NCBI GenBank assembly: GCA_039798785.1
Contig: JBDKFG010000001.1
Coordinates: 96,001-160,000 of the forward strand
Direction: 5' to 3'
DNA: 64,000 nucleotides
Origin: Verrucomicrobiota bacterium
Lineage (GTDB): Bacteria > Verrucomicrobiota > Lentisphaeria > Lentisphaerales > Lentisphaeraceae
Part shown: positions 1 to 10,671 of the stretch, piece by piece
Position numbering within the stretch: the stretch's first letter is position 1
Layout: every line of letters begins with the position of its first letter
Notes under the pieces: model-generated
Told to the model about the DNA's origin: nothing
Databases searched by the model: none
What the model saw: only the letters and a program-made list of their open reading frames with translations
Translations under genes and position numbers: made by a program

Positions 1-1
1 C

Positions 2-535
2 TATCAACTCGGAATCAGCGTCATCCGGGTCAACACCGGACGCTGGAACCGGGTCGATTTCGACACTTTGATGAAGCAGCGCGGCGAAGAAGCCCCCCTC
101 GACGGTCACAGCGAGGAAGAGGCCTTCGGTTGGGTCATCGAGGCCTTCCGCACCCTCGTGCCGGAAGCCGAGAAGCGCGGCGTCGTCATGGCCTTGGAAA
201 ACCATTGGGGCCTGGGCTTGACCCCGCAAGGCGTACTTCGCATCGTCAAGGAAGTGAATTCCCCCTGGCTGGGTGTCACTCTCGACACCGGCTGTTTCCT
301 GGAGGATCCCTACGAGCGCCTGGCTCTTCTGGCTCCTCACACCACCTACTTGCAGGCGAAGACCTATCCCGGCGGCGGTAAGTGGTACACCCTGGATCTC
401 GACTATGCACGGATCGCCGGGATCATGAGAAAGGCGGGCTTCCGCGGCTGGATCTCTCTTGAGATGGAAGGCAAGGAGGATCCGGCGACGGCGGTGCCTT
501 CGTCTCTGGCGCTCTTGCGTCGTCATTTCTCCTGA
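2..535 (+). CDS. Sugar phosphate isomerase/epimerase (xylose isomerase-like TIM barrel), 5'-truncated by the window edge
   Basis: Frame is open from base 2 (YQLGISVIRVNTGRW...). Motifs MALENHWG, LDTG and ISLEMEG are typical of AP_endonuc_2 TIM barrels. Confidence 0.8.
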   Translation, partial: YQLGISVIRVNTGRWNRVDFDTLMKQRGEEAPLDGHSEEEAFGWVIEAFRTLVPEAEKRGVVMALENHWGLGLTPQGVLRIVKEVNSPWLGVTLDTGCFLEDPYERLALLAPHTTYLQAKTYPGGGKWYTLDLDYARIAGIMRKAGFRGWISLEMEGKEDPATAVPSSLALLRRHFS

Positions 536-610
536 GGCGGAACGGGCGGCTCCGGGTCGATCCTTAGTCCTAAATTGCACGTATCATAAAAGGCAGTACT
601 AAAACAGCGA

Positions 611-3600
611 TCACGGACGCTCCGCCTCGTCCGCCTGGAAATAGCGGCCCAGGCAGTCCGCAAAGGCCTTTTTCGACACCGGCTTGACCAGGAATTCATC
701 CATCCCGGCTGAGAGGCACGCCTCTCGGTCGTGGGTGGTGGCGTTGGCAGTGAGGGCGATGATGGGGGTTTTCTGAGTGTCTGGCCGCAGCCGGAGGCAG
801 CGGGTCGCCTCGATGCCGTCCATCACCGGCATGAGGACGTCCATGAAGATCAGGCAGTGCAGGGAGGGATCGAAGAGTTTTAGGGCTTCGGCACCGTCAG
901 AGGCGATGTCGACTTTCCATCCGAGGGATTCAAGGCAGCGGCTGGCGACGAGCTGATTGCTGCGGTTGTCATCGACGACGAGGAGACGCCGGCAGCTTTC
1001 GGGGCGGGAAGGGGCAGAGGCTTCCCTGCCCAGAGGTTCAGGCAGAGGCAGTCGCAGGATGGCTTCGGCACCGCCTTCGACATTGCGCAGCTGCAGGCTG
1101 CCGCCAAGGAGGCTGGCGCATTGAGTGCTGACGGCCAGTCCGAGGCCGAGGCCGCCGCTGCGACGGGCGCTGATGGAACGGGCGTGTACGGCGGTGTGGA
1201 GATCGAGTCCGAGCAGGGCCGCGGGGAAGCCGCCGCCGTGATCGCGGACGGTGATTTCCCCTTGTCCGCGTTGGCTTTTGGCGATCACTTCGATCGGCCC
1301 TGCGCCGTGTTCGCAGGCGTTGCTGAGGATCTGCTGCAGGGCGGCGAGGAGCAGTCTCGGATCGGAGAGGGCGGTGTCGGGGAGATGGAGATCGCTGCGG
1401 ATCTCCATCTCCTTTCCGGCGAGGAAGACCATCTCCTCGGCCTGGGCGACGGCCTCTTGGAGGATCTCGCCGGGGCGGACATTCTGCAGTCTGGGACGCA
1501 GCGAGCCGTCTTGGAGGCCGGAGAAATGGGTGATGCAATCGCTGAGGCGCATCAGTTTCCGGCACGAGCCCGAGATCAGCCGGGCGCCTTCGCCTTTGAG
1601 CTCGGGATGGGCTTCCAGGGATCCGAGCACGGCGTTCAGGGGGGTGCGGATCTCGTGGCAGAGCAGCGACAGGAAAGCGCTTTGTTCGGAGGCTGCGACT
1701 TCGGCGGCTTTCTGGACCTGCCGGAGCTTTTCGAGCTGGCGGCAGCGGGTCAGGACCAGTAGCGGCAGGGCGAGTTTGCCGGCGGCGTCGGCGGGTGGCA
1801 GGCCGGGACGGGCCAGGCGGAGCGCTGCCTTGAGATCGCCGCTGTCGAGGCAGATCAGGAAGTCGCCGTTGTCGTCGAGACTGCCGGTTTCGGGCTCCCG
1901 GCTGAGGCAGCGGCGGATGGCGAAAGAACTTTCCCGGGGGGGCGAAACCTGGCCTTCGCGGAGGCTCAGGTGCCAGCCGTCCTTGAGCAGCAGTTCGGCT
2001 TCTTCGGCGCCGCTGGCGGCGCAAGCGATCCTCAGCAGGGCTGCGGCGGCTTCGTCGGTGCTGGCGGAGCGGAGAGCGGCTAGCGATTCATCCGGCAGGG
2101 GGCTGGCGGCTGTGGCGGGCGCGGCGTGCGGGAGGCTGCAGCCCCAGCGGAGAAGGGCTGCTGCTGCTGCGGCGGCGGCCGCAGCAGCATAGCCCTCTTC
2201 GTTGCAGCGCAGCCAGAATCTCCTGGCGCAGGACCAGGCGAGGGCGGCATCTGAGGGGCTGGCGGCGATGGCTGCGGCGAGGGAGAACTCCGCGGCGGCG
2301 CCGTAAGATTCCGCCGCGATGGCTTGCGCCAGGTGCAGACGGGCCTTCCACACTGCAGGACAGGCTTCCGCTTGCTGCTTCAGCCGTTCCAGATCCGCGG
2401 CGGCGGGTGCGCGGCCGCGGCGGCCGTCCAGGAGGATCCCGAGGAAATGGTGTTCGGCGGCAGGCAGCAGGCCTTGCGTCGAAACCGTGTCGATCAGGCC
2501 AGCTGCGGCGAGCCAGTCGAGACGGGCCTCCTCGTCGCGGTTCTGGTGCAGTCCAACCAGGGTGCGGAAGATATGGAGAAGGCATAGGACCTGGCGGTTG
2601 CCCCGGCTGGCGATCTCGTCGCGCAGACGGCCGGCGGGATCGCAGGGCTGGTGTTCGCGCAGCGCGCTCACGCAGGCGAGGACGGCCGAGCACAGGTCGC
2701 TGAGCCAGAGGTTGCGGGCGCTTTTGCCGAAAGCGAGCCATTCCGAAGCGTCGGAGGCGACCTGGTCGAGGGAGTGGCCGGAGAGCAGCTCGGTGTAGAG
2801 GGCGTGGCCGTAGGCGTAGCCGGCGTACTGGAGGTTGCCGGATGCGAGGCCGTCGCGGCGTGAGGCTGCGTATTCCGCCAGGGTGCTTTGTCGGGACTGC
2901 AGCCAGTGGCTGACTGAGCTGCCGTTCATCAGATGGAAGACGCTGGAGATCGAGGAGTCGCCGTCACGCGCCACCAGGCTTGTGGCGGCTTCGCCGAAGC
3001 GGCGCGCCGGGTCGAAGCCGAGCTGATAATGGGTGCAGAGACCACCAAAGGCCGGGAACATGTAGGCGCCCTGCGGCGCCCATCCGTGCGCGAGGATGAG
3101 GAGGACAGCGCGCGGCACGAGGACGGCCCAAAGCGACTGGCGGTAGCGGTAGGTCGGGGGGCCGAGGCTGGCCATCAGCTGCAGGATGCAGCGCAGGCGG
3201 GGATCCGTCATCAGCGGCAGCTGCTCGAGGCGGGTCAGGGCGGGATGGGCCAGGGCTTCATCGACGAGGCTGCGGCTGAGCTTGTCGTCGCCGCGCGGAG
3301 GCAGTTCGACGCCGAGTTCACCGAGGGCGTCGACCGCGAGGGCGATGGCTTCCTCGTAGCGGGCGGCGAAGGTCCGCCAGGTGATCTGGACGAGACGGAT
3401 GTCGGCGCGCTCCTGGTAGCCGGGGGCGAGAGGCAGCGCCTCGAGGGCGAGCTTCTCGGCGCTCTCATGGTCGGCGTTGAGGAAGCTCAGCTGGCATTCG
3501 GCGGCGAGGAGCTGGAAGCTCAGGGCCGGGTCGATCCCTTCGTGCAGCCGCAGTGCGGCGCGGCCGCCGCGGCACTGCTTCAGTGCGGTGCGCAGGGAGC

Positions 3601-5581
3601 CTGCGGCGAGAGAGGCGCGGCAGCAGCGCAGCGCCAGGGCGGCGAAATCCTTCCGGGCCGCAGGGTCGAGCAGGGGGAGGGCGGCTTGCTGGTGGCCGAG
3701 GATCTCCGCCGGACTGGCGCCGAGCGCGGTGAGAGCCCGGGCGCAAGCGAGATGGACGGCGCGGGTCTCCTCCTCGTCGCGAAGGCTGATCGCCGCCTGC
3801 TGCACCCGGTCGTGGAAGAAGCGCCAGCGCTCGCCGCTGCCGATGAGCAGCCCGGCACCTTCGGCGTCGGCAAGGAGGGACTGCAGTCGCGGCGGTGCCA
3901 GTTCCGTCACGGACTGCAGCGCCGCCGAATCGAATTCATAGCCGAGGACGGCCGCGGCGTGAAGCATGAGGTGCAGTTCCGGCGGGAGGCGGCGGATCCG
4001 GGCGACCACCAGCAGAGCCACCTTGTCCGCCGCTGCGGCGCTTTCCAGCCTCGTGTCCCAGGTCCAGCCATCAAGCTCTGCGCGGATTTCGCCGCGCTCG
4101 ATGGCGGCGCGCAGGAACTGCTGGATCTGGAAGGGGTTTCCCCGGCATTTGTCGCCGACCAGCCGCTGCAGGGCGCCCAGCCTGGCTACCGGTCCGCGAA
4201 GTATCGAGGAGGTGAGGACGGCGCTGTCGACGGGGCTCAGGGATTTGAGCTGGATGTGCTCGACATGGCTGCCGGCGCTGCGGGCGGCATGGAGCATCGG
4301 CTGGAGGCTTTGACTGAATTCCGATTCGCGGCTCTCCCGAACCGCCGCCACGACCAGGAGTCCGCAGGCATGGGGGGCGCAGAGCAGATGTTCGAGCAGG
4401 CCGAGGCTTTCCGCATCGGCCCATTGGAGGTCATCGAGGAAGAGCACCGGCACCTTGCCGCCGCAGATGGCGTTCAAGGTCCTTGCGGCGAGAAGCTGGA
4501 GTCGCCGCGGTCCTTCGCTCGGCGGGATGGCCGAGGGCTGGCGGCTCAGATCGAGCAGTTCCGCCAGGGCCGGGAAGGCGGCGGCTATCACCCCCGCCTC
4601 CCGGCCGAGAGCTTCATGGAGGCGGAGGCGAAGCTGACGGGCCTCCTCCAGTCCGCGGGAAGCCACCTGGCCGGCCAGGCCGGCCAGGCATTGCGACAGG
4701 GGGCGAAGCGGCTGTTCGTGCTGGTACTGCTCCGCTTTGCCCGACGCGTAGACAGCCTGGGCCCGGGCTTGCAGACCGAACTCCTCCACCAGACGGGTCT
4801 TGCCGGTGCCGGATTCGGCGCTGATCAGGCAGATCACGCGGGCGCCCCGGCTCGCCGATTGCAGATGTTCTTGAAGCCGCAAAGACTCCTCCAGACGCCC
4901 GCAAAGCTGCGGCGGCCGCAAGGCCGGAGCATGCCGGCCGGCCAGCAGGGCGTGCAAATCCGCGCCACGGTCCGCCGCAAGCAGGTCGAAGGCCATCAGA
5001 CACAAGCTCGGATCCGGCCGCCGCGACGGCGACTCCGCCGTCATCTCGGTGAGAAGCTCGCCGAGTGCGTCAGGGATCGCGGCGGAGTTCAGCCATTGCA
5101 GCATGCGTGCGGCGGCCAGCACCCATGCTTTGCCATCGTCGTCCTCGGATTCGTTCTCATTCCAGTCCGATCCGTCCCGGCTGGGATGCAGGCTGAGAAG
5201 GCCTAGCTTGCGGCCTTGCGGCGACCAGCTCAGGAGCGCCGGCCGCCATTCGATCCTGTGGACGCTCATCAGCTGCAGCTGCAGCATCAATTCTAGAAGC
5301 TGGCGGCCGAAAAGGATGAGATCTCCGGGAGCCGACAGCTGGCCTGGAGTCAAGGCGCACTCGTCCGCAGCCAGGGAGACATGGAGACGGGCGCTCTCCG
5401 GTCCGCTATGGAAGGAGGCGCCAGGCCGGCGCCCCGTCTTCGTCAGCAGTTGCTGCGTTTTCTGCAGTCTTCGCATCTCGAGATCGGTCACCCCACGCCA
5501 TTCCAGGATCAGAGTCCTGGGATCCGAAATCTCGCTGGCCGTGCAGCTTTCACCTGGCATCCAAATGCAAAATGGCTTCAT
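611..5581 (-). CDS. Large hybrid sensor: degenerate kinase-like N-terminus, AAA ATPase, histidine kinase and receiver domain
   Basis: Walker A SAESGTGKT, Walker B LFLDDLQWAD, GNPF, H-box LCHEIRTPLN, N-box QILSNA, G-boxes DHGGG and GLGLGLA, receiver VVDDN..FMDVLMPVMDG..VKP. Start uncertain (5581 or 5674). Confidence 0.85.
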   Translation of the reverse strand: MKPFCIWMPGESCTASEISDPRTLILEWRGVTDLEMRRLQKTQQLLTKTGRRPGASFHSGPESARLHVSLAADECALTPGQLSAPGDLILFGRQLLELMLQLQLMSVHRIEWRPALLSWSPQGRKLGLLSLHPSRDGSDWNENESEDDDGKAWVLAAARMLQWLNSAAIPDALGELLTEMTAESPSRRPDPSLCLMAFDLLAADRGADLHALLAGRHAPALRPPQLCGRLEESLRLQEHLQSASRGARVICLISAESGTGKTRLVEEFGLQARAQAVYASGKAEQYQHEQPLRPLSQCLAGLAGQVASRGLEEARQLRLRLHEALGREAGVIAAAFPALAELLDLSRQPSAIPPSEGPRRLQLLAARTLNAICGGKVPVLFLDDLQWADAESLGLLEHLLCAPHACGLLVVAAVRESRESEFSQSLQPMLHAARSAGSHVEHIQLKSLSPVDSAVLTSSILRGPVARLGALQRLVGDKCRGNPFQIQQFLRAAIERGEIRAELDGWTWDTRLESAAAADKVALLVVARIRRLPPELHLMLHAAAVLGYEFDSAALQSVTELAPPRLQSLLADAEGAGLLIGSGERWRFFHDRVQQAAISLRDEEETRAVHLACARALTALGASPAEILGHQQAALPLLDPAARKDFAALALRCCRASLAAGSLRTALKQCRGGRAALRLHEGIDPALSFQLLAAECQLSFLNADHESAEKLALEALPLAPGYQERADIRLVQITWRTFAARYEEAIALAVDALGELGVELPPRGDDKLSRSLVDEALAHPALTRLEQLPLMTDPRLRCILQLMASLGPPTYRYRQSLWAVLVPRAVLLILAHGWAPQGAYMFPAFGGLCTHYQLGFDPARRFGEAATSLVARDGDSSISSVFHLMNGSSVSHWLQSRQSTLAEYAASRRDGLASGNLQYAGYAYGHALYTELLSGHSLDQVASDASEWLAFGKSARNLWLSDLCSAVLACVSALREHQPCDPAGRLRDEIASRGNRQVLCLLHIFRTLVGLHQNRDEEARLDWLAAAGLIDTVSTQGLLPAAEHHFLGILLDGRRGRAPAAADLERLKQQAEACPAVWKARLHLAQAIAAESYGAAAEFSLAAAIAASPSDAALAWSCARRFWLRCNEEGYAAAAAAAAAAALLRWGCSLPHAAPATAASPLPDESLAALRSASTDEAAAALLRIACAASGAEEAELLLKDGWHLSLREGQVSPPRESSFAIRRCLSREPETGSLDDNGDFLICLDSGDLKAALRLARPGLPPADAAGKLALPLLVLTRCRQLEKLRQVQKAAEVAASEQSAFLSLLCHEIRTPLNAVLGSLEAHPELKGEGARLISGSCRKLMRLSDCITHFSGLQDGSLRPRLQNVRPGEILQEAVAQAEEMVFLAGKEMEIRSDLHLPDTALSDPRLLLAALQQILSNACEHGAGPIEVIAKSQRGQGEITVRDHGGGFPAALLGLDLHTAVHARSISARRSGGLGLGLAVSTQCASLLGGSLQLRNVEGGAEAILRLPLPEPLGREASAPSRPESCRRLLVVDDNRSNQLVASRCLESLGWKVDIASDGAEALKLFDPSLHCLIFMDVLMPVMDGIEATRCLRLRPDTQKTPIIALTANATTHDREACLSAGMDEFLVKPVSKKAFADCLGRYFQADEAERP

Positions 5582-5860
5582 CGGAGAGCTCCTGAGTCTT
5601 TCCCAGTATACGCACTGCACGGGGGGGATTGCAAGCAGAGAGGAGATTTGGCGCCAGGTAACCACAGGACGCATTCATTGCTCATTCCCAGGCCAGACGC
5701 GAGAGCACCGCCATTGCCGGGGGCTCGCATAAGCTGGAAAAATTCCGCCGATGGAATTTTATGGCGCGTTCGAGACTCGATTTTTTTCTGCTCGCGACTG
5801 GCGTTTCCCGAAAGGGATGAAAGTGTGGTCGTGACAACAAGCTAAACAAAGGAAGTCCGA

Positions 5861-7321
5861 ATGTCATTGTTCAATTACCCTCGCCGCACCCGCATCGTCG
5901 CCACTGTCGGCCCGGCCTGCCGGAACCGCATTCCCGAGCTGATCGCCGCGGGCGTCGACGTCTTCCGGTTGAACTTCTCGCATGGCACGCACGAGGTGCA
6001 CGGCCAGGCGATCGTCGACATTCGCGCCGCCTCGAAGGCTGCCGGACGTCCCGTCGGCATACTCGCCGACCTCCAAGGGCCCAAGATCCGCGTCGGCAAG
6101 GTGGTTGAAGGCGGCATCACCTTGGTCAACGGCGAGGAGTTCATCCTCTCGGTCGAGCCTTGCATCGGCCAAGGTAACCGTGCTTCCACCATCTACACCG
6201 CGATGGCCGAGGAGCTCGTGCCCGGCAACCGCATCCTCATGGACGACGGCCTTCTCGAAGTCGAAGTGGTCAAGATCATCGGCAAGGACATCCACACCAA
6301 AGTCATCAACGGCGGCGTGCTGACCTCTAACAAGGGCATCAATCTGCCCAACGCTGTGCTGAAGACCCCCGCCCTGACCGAAAAGGACGCCGAGGATCTG
6401 AAATTCCTGATGACACAGGACGTCGATTTCGTCGCTCTCTCCTTCGTTCGCGATCCTGCCGACGTGCAGCTCATCCGCGACATGATGACCCAAGGCGGAC
6501 GCGACATCCCGGTGATCGCCAAGATCGAGAAGCCTGAGGCGCTTGACAACATCACCGGCATCCTTGAGCTCTGCCACGGCTTGATGGTGGCACGCGGCGA
6601 CCTCGGCGTCGAACTCCCGGCCGAGCAGGTGCCGACCATCCAGAAGCTCCTGGTGCGCCACTGCCTTGAGGCCGGCAAGCCCTGCATCGTCGCCACCCAG
6701 ATGCTGGATTCGATGATCCGCAACCCACGCCCGACCCGCGCCGAAGCCTCCGACGTCGCCAACGCCGTCCTCGACGGCGCCTCCGCCGTCATGCTCTCCG
6801 GTGAATCCGCGTCCGGCATGTTCCCGATCGAGTCGATCTCGATGATGGACAAGATCGTCCGCGATGTCGAGCTGAACTTCCTCAATACCGCCGGATTGCC
6901 GCAGATCGACCTGAGCGCCCAGGCCAGCACCGATTCTCTCGCCCTGGCCCATTCGGTGGTACAGCTGGCCGGACGTCTCGGCGCCCGCTGCATCGTCTGC
7001 GCCACCGACTCCGGCAACACCGCCCGGTTGATTTCTCGCTTCCGTCCCGGCGTCCCCGTCCTGGCCTTTGCCGACCACGGCAACCGTGTCCTGCAGGAGC
7101 TTTCCCTTTCCTGGGGGGTTCGCGCCATCGGCTTCGACAAAGCTCCCGGCGACTACATCTTCCACCGGGTCGAGGAGTATGTCGCCCATCTCAACCTTCC
7201 CGCCGGCGATCTCGTCGTCGTCGCCGCATCGCTGCCTCTCGGGGCCGGCTCCGGCACCAACACCGTCAAGCTCCACCGCATCGGCGGCGGGCGCATCGGC
7301 CTGGGAGCAACCCGCTTCTGA
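5861..7321 (+). CDS. pyk: Pyruvate kinase
   Basis: RTRIVATVGP, RLNFSHG, DLQGPKIR, IAKIEK, MVARGDLGVE, ATQMLDSM, PTRAEASDVANA. Confidence 0.97.
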   Translation: MSLFNYPRRTRIVATVGPACRNRIPELIAAGVDVFRLNFSHGTHEVHGQAIVDIRAASKAAGRPVGILADLQGPKIRVGKVVEGGITLVNGEEFILSVEPCIGQGNRASTIYTAMAEELVPGNRILMDDGLLEVEVVKIIGKDIHTKVINGGVLTSNKGINLPNAVLKTPALTEKDAEDLKFLMTQDVDFVALSFVRDPADVQLIRDMMTQGGRDIPVIAKIEKPEALDNITGILELCHGLMVARGDLGVELPAEQVPTIQKLLVRHCLEAGKPCIVATQMLDSMIRNPRPTRAEASDVANAVLDGASAVMLSGESASGMFPIESISMMDKIVRDVELNFLNTAGLPQIDLSAQASTDSLALAHSVVQLAGRLGARCIVCATDSGNTARLISRFRPGVPVLAFADHGNRVLQELSLSWGVRAIGFDKAPGDYIFHRVEEYVAHLNLPAGDLVVVAASLPLGAGSGTNTVKLHRIGGGRIGLGATRF

Positions 7322-7420
7322 ATTAGCCCAGAGCGGCGGCGGGCCGAGCGGCCGAGGGGGATCGGTGCGTCCGGCTTCTTCGGGTGTAGATTGTGGTCTC
7401 ATCTAAACTCCGGACCGATC

Positions 7421-9640
7421 ATGCGCATCCTTCTCATCCTGCCGCCTCTGACCCAGCTGAATACGCCTTATCCCTCGACCGCCTATTTGAGCGGGTTCCT
7501 GCGTCGCGCCGGTCACGAGGTGAGGCAGCTGGATCTCGGTCTCGAGCTGGTTCTGGAGCTCTTCTCTTCGGCGCGGCTGCCCCAGCTTTTCTCCCAGGCA
7601 CGCCGGATCGCGAAGCCCTCGCCCGGTCTCCGCCTGATTCTCGAGCAGGAGGAGGCTTACGTCGGGAGCGTCGACGCGGTGATCGCTTTCCTGCAAGGAC
7701 GCGATCCGACCCTCAGCCACCGCATCAATTCCCGGAGTTTCCTGCCGGAGGGTGGGCGCTTCGCCGCTCTTGAGCAGCTGCCCGTCGGCGTCTTCGGCAG
7801 TCTCGATTCGACCGAGAAGGCTCGCCATCTCGCCACCCTGTATCTAGAGGATCTTTCCGACCTCATCCAAGAGGGGGTGTCGCGTCGCTTCGCCTTCGGT
7901 CGTTATGCCGAGAGCCTGGCGGTTTCGGCCAACCGCTTCGACGAGCTCGACCGCGCGCTCCGGCAGTCGCCCGACTTCCTGGACCAAATCATGCTCGACA
8001 TTCTCCGCCGCCAGCTCGAGGGTTTCTCTCCTGAGCTTAGCGGGCTCAGCGCTCCTTTTCCCGGTAACATCTATGCCGCCTTGCGTTGCGGCGCCGAGAT
8101 CAAGAGACTGCTGCCGACGTCCTGTGTCAGCCTCGGCGGCGGATATCCCAACACCGAGCTGCGTCAGATCAGCGATCCCCGAGTCTTCGACTTCGTCGAC
8201 GCCATCACTCTCGACGACGGAGAGCTGCCTCTCAGCCGTCTCATCGCGCACCTGTCGGGCGGAATCCCTCGCGAGGGGCTCTGCCGCACTTTCATGCGCA
8301 GTCCGCAAAAGAAGGTGGTTTGGCACGATGGAGCCGGTCTTCCCGACATTTCTCACCAGGAGAGCGGCTGGCCCGATTACGCCGGCCTGCCGATGGATCG
8401 CTATCTTTCGGTCATCGAAATGGCCAATCCGATGCACCGCCTTTGGTCCGACGGCCGCTGGAACAAGCTCACCGTCGCCCACGGCTGCTACTGGAAGCGC
8501 TGCACCTTCTGCGACACCGGCCTCGACTACATTTCACGCTATGATGAGGCGCCCGCCAGTCTTCTCGCCGAGCGGATGGAGGCGGTGATGAAGCAGACCG
8601 GCCAGAGCGGATTCCATTTCGTTGACGAGGCGGCACCTCCGGCGGTGCTTCGCGAGCTTGCCCTTGAGATCCTCCGCCGCGGCTTGAGGGTTTCTTGGTG
8701 GGGCAATATCCGATTTGAGAAGGCTTTCACTCCCTCCCTCTGCCGTCTCCTCGCCGCCTCCGGTTGCATCGCGGTCAGCGGTGGTCTTGAAGTCGCTTCT
8801 GACCGGGTTCTAGGATTGATCAGGAAAGGCACTTCCCTGCGCCAGGCGACCCAGGCCTTGCAGGCTTTTCGCGACTCCGGCATTCTGGTGCACGGCTACC
8901 TGATGTACGGATTCCCGACCCAGACTTCCCAGGAGACCCTGGACTCCCTCGAGGTGGTGCGCCAGCTCTTCGAAGCTGAGCTGCTCAAGTCTGGCTTCTT
9001 CCATCGCTTCGCGCTCACCGAACACAGCCCGGTGGCGAAGAACCCAGATCGCTTCGGGGTCGAGATCACCGGCCCGGCCTTCGGCGGCTTCGCCCGAAAC
9101 GAGCTGCAATTCAGCGACCGTCTCGGCGATGATCCTTCCCCTTTCACATCTGGTCTCAACGCGGCACTCTACAACTACATGCATGCCAACTGCCTCGATC
9201 AGCCGGTGAGCGACTGGTTCGATTTCGACTGCGGCACCGTCAGTCTGCCGCCCGATCTGATCGCCGGGTACGAGGAGCAGGCCCGCCGCGAAGACCGCAG
9301 GATCGCGGCGCGCGAACGGCTGCTCTGGCTCTCGCCGCCGCCGCGCCAGGAGCCTTGCCGCAAGAAGGGTTTCGCCAGGATCACCTTTGGCAGCGGTGCC
9401 CACAGGGTCGGTTTCGAGGTTCCGGCTCCCCTGGCCGAATGGCTCGGCGAGCTTCTGCCTCAACTCACACCTGGGAATTATGTCAGCTTCGCCGAGACGG
9501 AGGATTATTTCAAGCAGTATTTCGACGACGGCGACTGGCAGCCTTTCCTGGAGAGTCCGGTCTGGGAGGGGCTGCTCCAGGCGGGGCTTCTGCATCTCAG
9601 TCCCGATGATTCGGCAAAGAACGTCCGAGCCGGCTGTTGA
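7421..9640 (+). CDS. B12-binding domain radical SAM protein
   Basis: N-terminal PPLTQLNTPYPSTAYL, Fe-S motif HGCYWKRCTFCD, FHFVDEAAPP, GGLEVAS, YLMYGFP. ATG at 7421. Confidence 0.88.
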   Translation: MRILLILPPLTQLNTPYPSTAYLSGFLRRAGHEVRQLDLGLELVLELFSSARLPQLFSQARRIAKPSPGLRLILEQEEAYVGSVDAVIAFLQGRDPTLSHRINSRSFLPEGGRFAALEQLPVGVFGSLDSTEKARHLATLYLEDLSDLIQEGVSRRFAFGRYAESLAVSANRFDELDRALRQSPDFLDQIMLDILRRQLEGFSPELSGLSAPFPGNIYAALRCGAEIKRLLPTSCVSLGGGYPNTELRQISDPRVFDFVDAITLDDGELPLSRLIAHLSGGIPREGLCRTFMRSPQKKVVWHDGAGLPDISHQESGWPDYAGLPMDRYLSVIEMANPMHRLWSDGRWNKLTVAHGCYWKRCTFCDTGLDYISRYDEAPASLLAERMEAVMKQTGQSGFHFVDEAAPPAVLRELALEILRRGLRVSWWGNIRFEKAFTPSLCRLLAASGCIAVSGGLEVASDRVLGLIRKGTSLRQATQALQAFRDSGILVHGYLMYGFPTQTSQETLDSLEVVRQLFEAELLKSGFFHRFALTEHSPVAKNPDRFGVEITGPAFGGFARNELQFSDRLGDDPSPFTSGLNAALYNYMHANCLDQPVSDWFDFDCGTVSLPPDLIAGYEEQARREDRRIAARERLLWLSPPPRQEPCRKKGFARITFGSGAHRVGFEVPAPLAEWLGELLPQLTPGNYVSFAETEDYFKQYFDDGDWQPFLESPVWEGLLQAGLLHLSPDDSAKNVRAGC

Positions 9641-9659
9641 CTGAAGAGACGGGAGTTTC

Positions 9660-10550
9660 TCAGCGCCATTTCAATTCGAGTCTGCGGCAGCTGCCCGGAC
9701 TGGTGACGTAGAGGACCGAAGGGATGTCGTCGCCAAAGCACAGATTGGTGGCACCCCCGGCTATCGGGAGACGGCAGATTTCGGCACCGCTGGCCCAGCG
9801 CAATGTGAGCCCGCCCTTTTCGGCGATGTAGACTCGGCCGCGACGGTCGACCCGCAGGCCGTCGGCATTCTCCACCGTGCAGAAGAAGCGGCCGCGACCG
9901 AGGCTTCCGTCAGGGTAGAGCTCGTAGCTCAGGATCCGCCCCCTTCCGCTGTCGATGACATAGAGAATTTTGCCGCCGGGAGCGAATGCGAGGCCGTTGG
10001 GGAGTTGCATCTCCTCTCCTGTCTCGCGGCGCAGATCGCTGCCGTCGGAGAGACAGCTGAAGACGGAATTCCTTTCCTGCTCTTTCAGTTCCGGGCGCCC
10101 CCGGATGCCGAAGGTCGGATCGCTGAAATAGAGGCGGCCGGCGGGGCTGAAGCACAGGTCGTTGGGGGAGTTGAGTCGGCGGCCCTGTTTATCCTTCGCA
10201 GCGAGGATCTTTAGGGAACGCCCCTCGAAATCGGTCCAGACGATGCGTCTGGCGCCCTCTTCGCAAGCTGCGACACCGCCGTCGGGGGAAAGAGCATGGC
10301 CGTTGGCGAGCCCTTCGCTCTCCCGCCAGGTTTGAAGACCTTGCGCGGGCGACCAGGAAAGCACCCGTTTCGCCGGGATGTCGGCGAAGATCAGCCGTCC
10401 ATCAGGAAGCAGGCAGGGACCTTCGCCCCATTTCAGACCCTCGGCCAGGATCTCTTCGCGGCATATTTCCGGCATGGGTTCGGCATGGAAAGGGGCGCAG
10501 GAAGCAAAATAACCGGCGATGACGGTAAATACGAAGTGAGAAAGGCGCAT
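9660..10550 (-). CDS. SMP-30/gluconolactonase/LRE family protein, probably an exported lipoprotein
   Basis: EGP, ANG, LNSPND, YFSDP, PNGLAF and ADG motifs. Hydrophobic N-terminus ending FASC. Confidence 0.85.
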   Translation of the reverse strand: MRLSHFVFTVIAGYFASCAPFHAEPMPEICREEILAEGLKWGEGPCLLPDGRLIFADIPAKRVLSWSPAQGLQTWRESEGLANGHALSPDGGVAACEEGARRIVWTDFEGRSLKILAAKDKQGRRLNSPNDLCFSPAGRLYFSDPTFGIRGRPELKEQERNSVFSCLSDGSDLRRETGEEMQLPNGLAFAPGGKILYVIDSGRGRILSYELYPDGSLGRGRFFCTVENADGLRVDRRGRVYIAEKGGLTLRWASGAEICRLPIAGGATNLCFGDDIPSVLYVTSPGSCRRLELKWR

Positions 10551-10671
10551 GGCAAATGGCTCCTCTTGAAAGTGGCATTCAGGCTTCGACAGCGCCGGAG
10601 CACTTAAGTTCGCGCTTGCCGCTAATTTGGCGCAGACTCTCCAGTTCCAGTTTCCAGTCGGTCCTAAATTA

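Noticed and set aside
5864..7402. Long antisense ORFs (also 2933-5206, 15007-16356, 22551-24242, 41916-43829, 50307-51815 and 60064-61896)
   Set aside because: They mirror well-supported genes on the opposite strand, which is expected in high-GC DNA, and they show no family motifs.
7322..7420. Cobalamin or SAM riboswitch upstream of the B12 radical SAM gene
   Set aside because: Some pairing is possible (GATCGG/CCGATC, TAGAT/ATCTA), but the region is short and lacks B12-box or SAM riboswitch consensus motifs.
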